A DNA stretch of 64,000 nt from Anaeromyxobacteraceae bacterium (lineage in GTDB: Bacteria > Myxococcota > Myxococcia > Myxococcales > Anaeromyxobacteraceae), in NCBI GenBank assembly GCA_032654565.1, contig JAULAX010000002.1, positions 32,001-96,000 of the forward strand. Reading direction: 5' to 3'. Shown in pieces: positions 22,329-31,755 of this stretch; position 1 is the first letter of the stretch, and each line of letters begins with the position of its first letter. The translations under genes were made by a program, and so were the position numbers. A model generated the notes under the pieces. It saw nothing but the letters and a program-made list of their open reading frames with translations, was not told the DNA's origin and searched no databases.

Positions 22329-22733
22329 ATGCCACACCTCCACCGACTGCTGCTGCTCGCCGCGCTGGCCTCCTCCGCCGCCTGCTCGGCGTTCCGCCTG
22401 CCCGCCGAGCAGGACCCGGACCGGAGCCGCCACGCCTACGAGCTGGTCGGCGAGGTGCGGATGCGCGACAGCGGCAAGGTGGTGGCCGGCGCCGCGGTGA
22501 CGGTCGAGGGCGCCAGGGAGGTGGCCGGCGAGCACGTCTCCGACGCCACCGGCCGCTTCTGGCTCCGCGTCGTCGGCATCGGCGGTGCCGCGCCCGACCC
22601 GGCCGGCATCCGCAAGGGGCCGGCCGGCCTGGTCATCGTCTCGGCCAGGTCCGGCGCGCTCTGCTCCCCGGAGACCAAGGTGCTGCTGCCGGCCACCGGT
22701 CCGGTGCTGCTCGGCCTGGCTCCCTGCCGCTGA
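22329..22733 (+). CDS. Hypothetical lipoprotein with carboxypeptidase-regulatory-like fold
   Basis: Signal peptide ending SAAC; VAGAAVTV...SDATGRF pattern. Confidence 0.55.
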   Translation: MPHLHRLLLLAALASSAACSAFRLPAEQDPDRSRHAYELVGEVRMRDSGKVVAGAAVTVEGAREVAGEHVSDATGRFWLRVVGIGGAAPDPAGIRKGPAGLVIVSARSGALCSPETKVLLPATGPVLLGLAPCR

Positions 22734-22742
22734 GGGGATCCG

Positions 22743-23435
22743 TCAGGGGCCCGACCCGCCCTCCCAGCCGGCCAGGATGGCCAGGGACGCCGAGGCGCCC
22801 ACCCGGCTGGCCCCGGCCTCGATCATGGCCAGCGCCTGGGCGGTGGTGCGGATCCCGCCGGAGGCCTTCACCCCCAGGCCGTCACCCACCACGGCGCGCA
22901 GCAGCGCCACCGCCTCCACCGTGGCCCCGCCCCGGCCGAAGCCGGTGGAGGTCTTCACCCAGGCGGCGCCCGCGGCGCGCGCCAGCGCCGCCCCGGCCGC
23001 CACCTGGTCGCGATCGAGCACGCCGGTCTCGAGGATCACCTTGACCGGGACGGCGACCGACCCCACCACCGCGCGCAGGTCGGCGAAGACCGCCTCCCAG
23101 CGGCCGGCCCGCAGCGCCGGGAGCGGCGCCACCAGGTCCAGCTCGCCGGCCCCGGCGGCCACCAGCCCCCGGGCCTCGGCCACCCGCGCCGCGGTCGCCG
23201 CCTCGCCGAGCGGGAAGTCCACCACCGCCGCCACCTCGACGGCGGAGCCCGCCAGCAACCCCCGGGCCCCGGCGACGAAGGGCCCGCGGACGCAGACCGC
23301 GGCGAAGCCGTGCTGCCTGGCCTCGGCGCAGGCCCGGGCCACCTCCGCCGCCGTGGCCGCCTCGGCCAGCACGGTGTGATCGATGAAGGCGGCCAGCTCG
23401 CGGCGCGAGCCGGGCCTCCGCGGTGGGGTGTTCAT
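22743..23435 (-). CDS. deoC: Deoxyribose-phosphate aldolase
   Basis: IDHT, DFPLG, KVILETG, VKTSTGF, VKASGGIR. Confidence 0.95.
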   Translation of the reverse strand: MNTPPRRPGSRRELAAFIDHTVLAEAATAAEVARACAEARQHGFAAVCVRGPFVAGARGLLAGSAVEVAAVVDFPLGEAATAARVAEARGLVAAGAGELDLVAPLPALRAGRWEAVFADLRAVVGSVAVPVKVILETGVLDRDQVAAGAALARAAGAAWVKTSTGFGRGGATVEAVALLRAVVGDGLGVKASGGIRTTAQALAMIEAGASRVGASASLAILAGWEGGSGP

Positions 23436-24502
23436 TGGACCGCCGTGAGCTTGAGTGGGGCCTCCACCTGGATCTCCTCGCCCTCGAAGGCGGGAAAGAC
23501 CATGCGCCGTGCCGCCGCGGCCAGGCACTGGCCGAGCGCCGAGCTGTTCCAGGCCGGATCGGCCAGGGTGGCCCGGGAGACGCGGCCGGTGGGCCGCACC
23601 ACCAGCTCCAGCACCGGCGCGCGGGTGTCGCGACGCAGCCCGAGGTCGGCCTTGCCGGCCCTGGTGATGCAGGAGGAGAAGGCCCCCGAGCTGGCGGCCA
23701 GGGTGTCGCGAATCGCCGCCTCGTCGAGCGAGGCCCGGCCGGTGTCGAGGGTGGTGCTCCGCGTGCCCGGCTCGCCGGCCAGCGTCGCCGGCACCGCCCT
23801 CACGTCCTCCTTGCGGTGGAGCAGGTCGAGCAGCTTCCGGTCGCGCCTGGTGATGGGCGCTCCAGCCCGGTGGATGACGTCCTTCGAGGCGGTCGGCCCC
23901 GGCGACCTGGCCGGTGTGGCGGGGACCGTGGGCGGAGCTGGCAGGGGCTCGGTCAGCGGGGCGCCCGGAGGCGCCGCGGCCGCCGTCACGATCGTGTCCG
24001 CGGCCGGTGGCGGGAGGGCGGCCACCACGGCGACCCCCGGCGCACCTCCCGGCGCGGCCGCCTCGCCCCCCGGGCGCGCCCACCAGAGGCCGAGGGCCAG
24101 CAGGGCGGCCACCGCCACCGCGCCGAGGGCCAGCCGCCGGCCCCGACCGCCTGGCCGGGCCGCGGCGGCCTGGGGGCCCTGACCGTGGACCGCGGCCGGG
24201 AGGTGGGAGCCCGGGGCGCTGGCGAAGAAGCGATCGGTGTTCTCCGGCGGCCCGGCCGTCTCCTGCGGCTCGGGCGCCGGAGCGCCGAGGGGAGCAGGGG
24301 GTTCGACCGGCTCGGGGAGCGGCGGAGGAGCCGGCGGCGGCGGGGCCGGCGTCGTCGAGCGGGTCGGGATGGGCGGCGGCGCCACCGGGCCGATCACGAA
24401 GGCGTGGCCGCAGGCCGTGCAGGTGCAGCGGAAGCCGCGCGGTGGCACCCTGGCGTCGGCCAGGGTGTAGCGCTTGGCGCACCGCGGGCACGTGAAGATC
24501 AC
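23432..24502 (-). CDS. Zinc-ribbon / Pro-rich / TM / AgmX-TonB-C-like protein
   Basis: CPRC...CTAC ribbon, TM LALGAVAVAALLALGLWW, C-terminal two-Cys domain ending MVFPAFEG. Confidence 0.75.
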   Translation of the reverse strand: MIFTCPRCAKRYTLADARVPPRGFRCTCTACGHAFVIGPVAPPPIPTRSTTPAPPPPAPPPLPEPVEPPAPLGAPAPEPQETAGPPENTDRFFASAPGSHLPAAVHGQGPQAAAARPGGRGRRLALGAVAVAALLALGLWWARPGGEAAAPGGAPGVAVVAALPPPAADTIVTAAAAPPGAPLTEPLPAPPTVPATPARSPGPTASKDVIHRAGAPITRRDRKLLDLLHRKEDVRAVPATLAGEPGTRSTTLDTGRASLDEAAIRDTLAASSGAFSSCITRAGKADLGLRRDTRAPVLELVVRPTGRVSRATLADPAWNSSALGQCLAAAARRMVFPAFEGEEIQVEAPLKLTAVQ

Positions 24503-25365
24503 TTGGCGTCGATGCTACGGAGCAGCGGCGGCGATGGCAAGGCGACCGCCGGGGCCTCCTCCTCGTCGTCGATCCAGGGATCGGCGCCGGTGGCGCCGGG
24601 GGCGCTGGCCAGCCGCTCCACCAGCTCGCGGTCGAGCAGGTGGGCCGGGACCACGTGGCCGAGCGCGTGGAGCAGGTTGGCCTTCACGGACGGGTGCTCC
24701 GCCGAGAGCTCGGCGAGCAGGGCCTTGACGCGCTTGCGGCGCAGGTGGGGCTGGCTGCCGCAGACGTCGCAGGGGACGATGGGGAAGGCCCTGGCCGCGG
24801 CGAAGGCGGCGATCTCCTCCTCGGCGGCGTAGCAGAGCGGCCGGATCACGGTGTTGCGGCCGTCGGCGGAGCGGAGCAGCGCCGGCATGGCCTTGAGCGA
24901 GCCGGCGTAGAGCGCGTTGAGCAGCAGCGTCTCCACGAAGTCGTCGCGGTGGTGGCCGAGGGCGATGCGGGTGCAGCCCAGCTCCACGGCCACGTCGTAG
25001 AGGACGGCCCGCCGGAAGCGGGAGCAGAGGGCGCAGGCGGTCTTGCCCTCCGGCACCAGCCGCTTCACCGCCGACCAGAGCTCCCGCTTCACCATCTTGT
25101 AGGGGACGCCGACCGCCTTGAAGTGATCCTCGATGAGGTGGGCGGGGAAGCCGGGCTGCCCCTGGTCGAGGTTGACGGCCACCAGGCTGAAGTCGATGGG
25201 GGCCCGCTCCTGCAGCCGCTGCAGCACGTGGAGCAGCGTGTAGCTGTCCTTCCCGCCCGAGCAGGCCACCAGGATCCGGTCCCCCTCGCCGATCAGCGAG
25301 AAGTCGGCGATGGCCCGGGAGGCGTCCCGGATGATCCGCTTTTCCAGCCGCTCCACCTCCCGCAT
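24499..25365 (-). CDS. ttcA: tRNA 2-thiocytidine(32) synthetase
   Basis: SGGKDS PP-loop, CALC and CDVC pairs, LGHHRDD, VIRPL. Confidence 0.93.
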   Translation of the reverse strand: MREVERLEKRIIRDASRAIADFSLIGEGDRILVACSGGKDSYTLLHVLQRLQERAPIDFSLVAVNLDQGQPGFPAHLIEDHFKAVGVPYKMVKRELWSAVKRLVPEGKTACALCSRFRRAVLYDVAVELGCTRIALGHHRDDFVETLLLNALYAGSLKAMPALLRSADGRNTVIRPLCYAAEEEIAAFAAARAFPIVPCDVCGSQPHLRRKRVKALLAELSAEHPSVKANLLHALGHVVPAHLLDRELVERLASAPGATGADPWIDDEEEAPAVALPSPPLLRSIDAK

Positions 25366-25471
25366 CGACCGCTCCTCTTCCCCGGGCCCGGACCGGCGCC
25401 TCGCTTTTCCTTTGACGCGCACCTCGACCGCACGCTAAAGGCGCCTTGCTCCGACTGACGTGAGGGGAATC

Positions 25472-25723
25472 ATGCCTGCGAAGGACCTCGGCTCCAAGCA
25501 CACCTGCTTCAAGTGCTCGACCAAGTTCTACGACCTGAAGAAGCCCGTGGCGGTCTGCCCGAAGTGCGGGGCCGACCAGCGCGAGAGCCCCGCCCTCAAG
25601 GCGCCGCCGGAGAAGCGCTCGCGCGCCGCCAAGCCGGTCGAGCCGGTCGCGCCCGAGGTCGACGAGGAGGCCGAGGTCGAGGAGGAGCTGGACGAGGACG
25701 ACGACGAGGATGACGACGACTAG
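25472..25723 (+). CDS. FYDLN acid domain protein (TIGR02300-like)
   Basis: [18 protein letters not shown]...CPKCG plus acidic tail; GAGGGG RBS. Confidence 0.88.
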   Translation: MPAKDLGSKHTCFKCSTKFYDLKKPVAVCPKCGADQRESPALKAPPEKRSRAAKPVEPVAPEVDEEAEVEEELDEDDDEDDDD

Positions 25724-25744
25724 CCGTCCCCGGTCCACCCCCGC

Positions 25745-26410
25745 TCAGGGATAGCTGAGCGGCAGCGTCACCGCCCCGGTGGCGGGCACCTCGATCACCA
25801 GCCGCTTCTCCCCGTAGCGCTCGTGCCAGGCCACCGCCTGCCAGGCGCCGGCCGGGATCCCGGTGAGCTGGAAGCGGCCCCCTGCCCCGGTCACCACCAC
25901 GTGCGGGGTCTCGGTCACCAGGATCGAGGCGCTCATCCAGGCGTGCACGTCGCAGGCGACGCGGACCACGCCGGGGCGGGCCAGCAGGCGCGGCGTCTTC
26001 CCTCCCGGCGTCGGCATGGGCACGTTGAAGGCGGTGGCCGACCCCAGGTAGCCGTGGACGTTGTGCAGCACCGGGTCGCCGTTCCGCAGCTCCAGCGTCG
26101 AGCCGAGCGGGGCGGCCTGGACGCGGGGGAGGTAGCGGCACCCCTGCTGGTCGAGGACCACCGTCCTCGGCGCCGCCTTCAGGCCCGGGACCTCGACGCG
26201 GACCACCACGTTGGCGAGGCCGCCGTCGGAGACCAGCACCGACGCCTCGGCCACCGCGGCGCCGCAGACGGCCCGGTCGCGGTCGGTCTCCTGCGTCGCC
26301 GGGGCGGGGATGGGCCCGGTGAAGCGGGCCACGCCGTGGACCTCCCCGGCCAGGCCGGCCCACGGGGTGAGCAGGAGCCCGGCGGCGACGGCGGCGAAGC
26401 GTGGCGACAT
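25745..26410 (-). CDS. Secreted cupredoxin-like / carboxypeptidase-regulatory domain protein
   Basis: Signal peptide; DQQGCRYLP, NGDPVLHNVH, CDVHAWM (Cys/His/Met Cu-ligand pattern). Confidence 0.8.
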   Translation of the reverse strand: MSPRFAAVAAGLLLTPWAGLAGEVHGVARFTGPIPAPATQETDRDRAVCGAAVAEASVLVSDGGLANVVVRVEVPGLKAAPRTVVLDQQGCRYLPRVQAAPLGSTLELRNGDPVLHNVHGYLGSATAFNVPMPTPGGKTPRLLARPGVVRVACDVHAWMSASILVTETPHVVVTGAGGRFQLTGIPAGAWQAVAWHERYGEKRLVIEVPATGAVTLPLSYP

Positions 26411-26510
26411 GATCACTCCTCGGCGGGGGAGGCGGGTCGGAGGGAACCCGCCCGGAGCCTGAAACCTTCGTTGACCCCCGGCAGGTCCATTCCTATATCC
26501 CGGGGGCCCC

Positions 26511-27431
26511 ATGCGCGAGTACCGCTTCGCCGTCGCCACCGCCGTCGCCACGTTCCTGCTCCTGGTCATCGGGGGGCTGGTCCACCCCACCGGCTCGTCG
26601 CTGGCCTGCCCCGACTGGCCGCTCTGCAACGGCCTGGTCTTCCCGCCCATGCGGGGCGGCATCCTCTACGAGCACGGCCACCGGCTGGCGGCGCTGACGG
26701 TGTCGGTCCTGACCGTGGCGCTGGCGGCGCTGGTCCACCGGGCCCGGCGCCCGCGCGGCCTGCGCTGGCTCTCCCTCGGCGCGGTGGCGCTGGTGGGCGT
26801 CCAGGCCTCGCTGGGGGCCTTCACGGTCATCTACAAGCTGCCGCTGATCGTCTCGGCCAGCCACCTGGCCACCTCCATGGCCTTCTTCGCGGTGGTCCTC
26901 ACCCTGGCCCACCGGCTCCGCCCCGAGGCCGCCTGGGCGCCGCCGCTCGACCGCGGGCTGGTGGGGCTGGCCGCCGCCGCCATCTACGCCCAGATCGTGG
27001 TCGGGGCGCTGGTCCGCCACACCGGCTCTGCGCTGGCCTGCGGCACCGACCTGCTGCTCTGCGAAGGCGCCCTCTGGCCGGCCTGGGGGCCGGCCCAGGT
27101 CCAGGTGATCCACCGGGCCCTCGGCTACGCGGTGGCGGCGCTGGTGGTCGCCTCCTCGCTGCGCACCTGGCGGCTGGCCGCCGACGGCCCCCCGCTCCGG
27201 CGCCTGCTGGCCCTGCTCGGCCCCGCGCTGGCGGCGGCGCAGGTGACGCTCGGGCTGCTCACCGTGGCCAGCTACGTCGCCCTCCCCATCGTGGCGCTCC
27301 ACCTCGCCTTCGGCGCCCTGCTGCTGGCCAACCAGCTCACCCTCTACTTCCTGCTGGGACCGCGCGGCGCCGCGGTCCCGACGGCCGCCGGCTGGCGGTC
27401 GCCCCAGCCGACGCCGGAGGCCGCTCCATGA
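26511..27431 (+). CDS. ctaA: Heme A synthase (COX15/CtaA)
   Basis: LACPDWPLCNG, EHGHR, further TM histidines, second Cys pair CGTDLLLC. Confidence 0.9.
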   Translation: MREYRFAVATAVATFLLLVIGGLVHPTGSSLACPDWPLCNGLVFPPMRGGILYEHGHRLAALTVSVLTVALAALVHRARRPRGLRWLSLGAVALVGVQASLGAFTVIYKLPLIVSASHLATSMAFFAVVLTLAHRLRPEAAWAPPLDRGLVGLAAAAIYAQIVVGALVRHTGSALACGTDLLLCEGALWPAWGPAQVQVIHRALGYAVAALVVASSLRTWRLAADGPPLRRLLALLGPALAAAQVTLGLLTVASYVALPIVALHLAFGALLLANQLTLYFLLGPRGAAVPTAAGWRSPQPTPEAAP

Positions 27432-28342
27432 CCCCGCTCTCCCCGGCCGCCGACCAGGCCCCGGCGCGCCTCGCCACCTCCCCCCTGGCGCTGGCGCGCG
27501 AGCTCTTCCTGCTGGCCAAGCCGCGCCTCTCGGCGCTGGTGCTCCTCACCACCTCGGGCGGCATGTGGCTGGCGCCGGGGAGGATCCACCCGGCCCGGGC
27601 GCTGCTGACGGTGCTCTGCACCGCGGCGGTGGTGGGGGCCGCCAACGCCCTCAACAGCTACCTCGAGCGGGACAGCGACGCGCTCATGCACCGGACCCGC
27701 GATCGCCCCCTGCCGGCGGGGCGGCTCGACCCCACCCTGGCGCTGGCCTTCGGCCTCGCGGTGCCGGCCTTCGCCCTGCCGGTGCTGGCCCTGGTGGCCG
27801 GCGGGCTGACCGCGGCGCTGGCCCTGCTGGCGCTGGTCTCCTACGTCGCCGTCTACACGCCGATGAAGAAGCGCAGCTCGCTGGCCCTCTTCGTGGGCGC
27901 CGTGCCCGGGGCCATCCCCCCGCTGATGGGCTGGACCGCGGTGACCGGCCACGCCGAGCTCGGCGGCCTCGCCGTCTTCCTGCTGCTGCTGGCCTGGCAG
28001 CTGCCCCACTTCATCGCCATCTCCCTCTACCTCAAGGAGGACTACGCCCGCGGCGGGATGAAGGTCTTCGCGCTGGTCCACGGCGACCGGGTGGCGCGGA
28101 CCTGGATCGCCGGCACCAGCCTGCTGCTCCTGCCCGCCTCGCTGCTGCCGGTGGCGCTCGGCCTGGCCAGCTGGGTCTACGGCGGCATCGCCGCGGCCGC
28201 CTCGGTCGCCTTCACCGGCTACGCGCTCACCGGGCTGCGGCTCACCGGCGAGTCGAACCGCTGGGCGCGGCGCATCTTCCTGGCCACGCTGCTCTACCTG
28301 GTGGCGCTGATGGTGGGGCTCTTCCTCGGGGCCAACCGGTGA
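27428..28342 (+). CDS. ctaB: Protoheme IX farnesyltransferase (heme O synthase)
   Basis: LAKPR, NSYLERDSDALMHRTRDRPLP, YTPMK, GAIPPLMGW, WQLPHF. Confidence 0.95.
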   Translation: MTPLSPAADQAPARLATSPLALARELFLLAKPRLSALVLLTTSGGMWLAPGRIHPARALLTVLCTAAVVGAANALNSYLERDSDALMHRTRDRPLPAGRLDPTLALAFGLAVPAFALPVLALVAGGLTAALALLALVSYVAVYTPMKKRSSLALFVGAVPGAIPPLMGWTAVTGHAELGGLAVFLLLLAWQLPHFIAISLYLKEDYARGGMKVFALVHGDRVARTWIAGTSLLLLPASLLPVALGLASWVYGGIAAAASVAFTGYALTGLRLTGESNRWARRIFLATLLYLVALMVGLFLGANR

Positions 28343-28767
28343 ACGTCGTCGACCTGCTGGCGCCGCTCAACGCCCTGCTCAACGCCACCGCCGGCACCCT
28401 GCTCTTCCTGGGGTGGCGGGCCATCAAGCGCGGCGACCGGGCCGTGCACCGCCGCTTCATGATCGGGGCGGTCCTGGTCTCGACGGTCTTCCTGGTCAGC
28501 TACCTGACCCGGGTGGCGCTCACCGGCACCCACCGCTTCCCCGGGAACGGCTGGCTGCGGTCCGCCTACCTGGTCATCCTGGTGAGCCACACCATCCTGG
28601 CGGTGGCGGCCGCCCCCATGGCGCTCCGCACCCTGGGGCTCGGCCTGAACGGCCGGTTCGAGGCCCACCGCCGGCTCGCCCGCCTCACCTTCCCCATCTG
28701 GCTCTACGTCTCGGTGACCGGGGTGGTGGTCTACCTGCTGCTCTACCAGGTGGCGCCGCGAATGTGA
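28339..28767 (+). CDS. DUF420 membrane protein
   Basis: NALLN, HRRFM, FLVSY, HRRLARLTFPIWLYVSVTGVVVY; GTG start overlaps ctaB stop. Confidence 0.88.
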   Translation: MNVVDLLAPLNALLNATAGTLLFLGWRAIKRGDRAVHRRFMIGAVLVSTVFLVSYLTRVALTGTHRFPGNGWLRSAYLVILVSHTILAVAAAPMALRTLGLGLNGRFEAHRRLARLTFPIWLYVSVTGVVVYLLLYQVAPRM

Positions 28768-28813
28768 CGCACCCCGGTGAGATGGCCCCGGTCCTGCTAT
28801 AGGTCGGGGCCAC

Positions 28814-29962
28814 GTGCTCGAGATCATCGACCGCCAACTCGACGTGGTCTTCCCGGTGGGCCACCACCGGCACTGCCTGGTGGCGCAGATCCCCAACCAC
28901 CTGAAGCGGTCCGAGGTCGGCTACGTGGTCGCCGACCCCGAGGCGCAGTGGCGGATGGTGCGCTCGGTCCTGGACGTGGTCACCGGCGGTGACAGCGGCT
29001 TCCGCAAGGTCCACCTGCTGGTCTTCCCTGAGGGCTGCCTGCCGCTGGCCCGCCTCGACGACCTGCTGGCCGCGGTGGCCGAGCGCTTCCGGCCCAGCAC
29101 CGTGACCATGATCGGGCTCGAGCACGTGCCGCTGCGGACCTACCGGGCGCTGCTGGAGCGCTTCCGGGAGGACAACCCCGAGGCCCTGGCGCAGGTGCTC
29201 AAGGATCTCGACGGCGGCAGCGAGCCCTGCGCGCCGGTCAACCTCTGCTGCGTCGCCGTCAAGGAGCAGGGCGGGCGGCTGCGGGTCTTCCTGGAGGCCA
29301 AGGGCCACCCCTTCCACGGCGAGGAGTTCCTCGACAAGACCCGCGATCTCTACCAGGGGAAGCACGTCTACTTCTTCCGCTGCCACCAGACCTTCAACTT
29401 CATGGCGCTGGTCTGCCTCGACTACCTCTACCGGGACCTCTACAGCTCCAACATCCGGCGCATCGTCGACCACGCCAACCAGCTCTACTTCTCCTCCCGG
29501 CAGACCCTCGACGCCCTCTTCGTCATCCAGTGCAACCCCAAGCCGGAGCACCGGACCTACCAGGGGATCCTGAGCGGCTTCTACGGGGAGTACCTGGAGG
29601 ACACGCCGGGGGTGCGCGACACCGTCACCGTGTTCGGGAACTGCTCCGACCAGAGCACCGTGGAGGGCTCCTCCGGGGAGCCCGCCTACGGCGTCTCCTC
29701 GGCGGTCATCGGGGGCCGGCACCGGCTGGCCCCGGTGAAGCTGTCGGAGTTCTGCTTCGACGACTTCGGCGGGGCGCCCCTCTACCGGCTCCGCTTCGGC
29801 ACCGCCACCCGCCTCTACTACTTCAACCTGCCCCTGCACCACGAGCACGACCCGCGCTCGACCCGCATCCCGCTCAAGGTGCACAGCATCCTGCGCCCCA
29901 CCGCCGAGGGCGGCTGGGTCAAGATGACCGGTGAGGAGATCATGCACGGGCCGTCCGGGTGA
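28814..29962 (+). CDS. Hypothetical protein with possible carbon-nitrogen hydrolase (nitrilase) fold
   Basis: Clearly coding; LLVFPEG, EAKGHP and ALVCLDY occur in nitrilase Glu-Lys-Cys order. Confidence 0.6.
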   Translation: MLEIIDRQLDVVFPVGHHRHCLVAQIPNHLKRSEVGYVVADPEAQWRMVRSVLDVVTGGDSGFRKVHLLVFPEGCLPLARLDDLLAAVAERFRPSTVTMIGLEHVPLRTYRALLERFREDNPEALAQVLKDLDGGSEPCAPVNLCCVAVKEQGGRLRVFLEAKGHPFHGEEFLDKTRDLYQGKHVYFFRCHQTFNFMALVCLDYLYRDLYSSNIRRIVDHANQLYFSSRQTLDALFVIQCNPKPEHRTYQGILSGFYGEYLEDTPGVRDTVTVFGNCSDQSTVEGSSGEPAYGVSSAVIGGRHRLAPVKLSEFCFDDFGGAPLYRLRFGTATRLYYFNLPLHHEHDPRSTRIPLKVHSILRPTAEGGWVKMTGEEIMHGPSG

Positions 29963-30064
29963 CCTGGCCGACGGGCCCCGCCGGGGTCCTGGCCTTCCAG
30001 GGGGAGGAGGCCTGGCTCCGCCGGAGGCCCACGCCCGCCCCGCCTCGGGCTAGCATGCCCACCC

Positions 30065-30769
30065 ATGCGCGCCCTCCGCCTCGCCCTGCCCGCCCTCCCC
30101 GCCCTCCTGCTCGCCGCCTGCGGCGGCCCGGTCCGGGTCGAGCTCGAGCCCGCCTCGCTGGCCTTCACCGGCCGCGGCCAGACCGGCCTGCTCCACGCCA
30201 CCCCCCGCGGCAAGGGGGGCAAGCCGCTCCCCGACGCCCGCTGCGCCTGGTCGAGCTCGGACCCGAAGGTGGCCACCGTGGCCGCCCGCGGCAACGACGC
30301 CACCGTCTCCTCGGCCGGCCCGGGATCGGCCAGCATCCTCTGCGCCATCGACGGGGTGCAGGCCGCGGCGCCGGTCTCGGTGCGGGTGGTGGTCCGGGTG
30401 GTGCTGGGGCAGGAGGCGGCGGCGCTGGAGCTGGCCGACGACCGCCGCCCCCTGGCGGTGAAGCTGCAGGCCTTCGACGACCAGGGCGCGCCGGTGGCCG
30501 GGCGGCTGGTGCTGACCCGCTGCGACGACGAGGAGGTCTGCCGCGGCGACAGCCGCGGGCAGCTCTGGGCCACCGGCGCCGGCCGGGCCACCGCCACCGT
30601 CGACGTGGACGGCGTCCAGGCCACGCTCCCGGTGACCGTCAAGGACCTGCGGGTGGACAGCAAGCCCAAGGCGGTGACCAAGGACTACATGGAGGCGCTG
30701 GAGCGGGAGAACCGGGCCACCGAGGCCAGGGAGGCCGCCGCCGCGGCCAAGGCGGCCGGGAAGAAGTGA
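30065..30769 (+). CDS. Ig-like (Big_2-type) domain lipoprotein
   Basis: Lipobox LLAAC; WSSSDPKVATV motif. Confidence 0.75.
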   Translation: MRALRLALPALPALLLAACGGPVRVELEPASLAFTGRGQTGLLHATPRGKGGKPLPDARCAWSSSDPKVATVAARGNDATVSSAGPGSASILCAIDGVQAAAPVSVRVVVRVVLGQEAAALELADDRRPLAVKLQAFDDQGAPVAGRLVLTRCDDEEVCRGDSRGQLWATGAGRATATVDVDGVQATLPVTVKDLRVDSKPKAVTKDYMEALERENRATEAREAAAAAKAAGKK

Positions 30770-31626
30770 GGCGCGCCGCCCCTCGCCTGGCCGTCCTCGG
30801 CCTGCTGGCCCTGGCCGGCTGCGCCTACTACGAGGTGCCGCGCTTCGTCGCCGCGCAGCAGCTCGGAGGGGTGACGGTGCCGGCGGCCACGCTCAACCGC
30901 GGCGCCGAGGCCTACATGCGCTCCTGCCGCCCGTGCCACGGCGCCGAGGGCGACGGCCGCGGGCCGCAGGCGGTCGGCATGGATCCGCCGCCGCGCGACC
31001 TGCGGCTCGGCGTCATCTCCTTCGCCTCGGTCGCGTCCGGCGCCCTCTGGCGCGACGAGGACCTGGTCCGGGTGGTCCGGGGCGGCCTGGGCGGCACCGG
31101 GATGCGCGCCTGGAAGGATCTCTCCGACGACGAGCTCGGCGCCATCGTCCAGTTCGTGAAGACGCTGGCGCCACGCTTCCGCGAGGAGCGCCCCGGCGAG
31201 CCCATCGCCGCCTCGCCGGATCCCTGGGCCGGGCGCGAGGCCGACGGCGCGGCGCGAGGGCGCGTCGTCTACCACGGGCTGGCGCGCTGCCAGGGCTGCC
31301 ACCCGGCCTACGCCGATGCCGCCGAGGTGGCGCGGTTCGCCCGCGACGCCGGCGTGGAGCCGGCGCCGAGGCCCGACCCGGGCCAGCCCACCTGGAGCCG
31401 CTCCGACTTCGGCCGGCCGCTCAAGGCCACCGACTTCCGCGCCGGGCCGCTGCGGGCCGTCCGCCCCGCCACCCGGGGCGCCGACCTCTACCGGTCGATC
31501 GCCGCCGGGCTGGGTGGGACGGCGATGCCGACCTGGAAGGGGGCGCTCCCCGAGGCCGACCTCTGGGCGCTGGTCCACTACGTCGACCAGCTCTCCCGCG
31601 GCGAGGGGAAGGCGACCGGTCGATAG
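30766..31626 (+). CDS. Di-heme c-type cytochrome lipoprotein
   Basis: Lipobox LAGC; CRPCH and CQGCH; GTGM/GTAMP axial Met motifs; GTG overlaps upstream stop. Confidence 0.85.
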   Translation: MRRAAPRLAVLGLLALAGCAYYEVPRFVAAQQLGGVTVPAATLNRGAEAYMRSCRPCHGAEGDGRGPQAVGMDPPPRDLRLGVISFASVASGALWRDEDLVRVVRGGLGGTGMRAWKDLSDDELGAIVQFVKTLAPRFREERPGEPIAASPDPWAGREADGAARGRVVYHGLARCQGCHPAYADAAEVARFARDAGVEPAPRPDPGQPTWSRSDFGRPLKATDFRAGPLRAVRPATRGADLYRSIAAGLGGTAMPTWKGALPEADLWALVHYVDQLSRGEGKATGR

Positions 31627-31755
31627 GACCAGCGATCGTCATTCGGAAGCGACGGAAAGGGGCGACTCGGAATCGGGACACGCTGTCGAATCTTGCGCTG
31701 GCGCCGCCAGGAGCCGGCGCCAGCACGATGGGGCCGCCAGCCGGGCCGGGACGCC

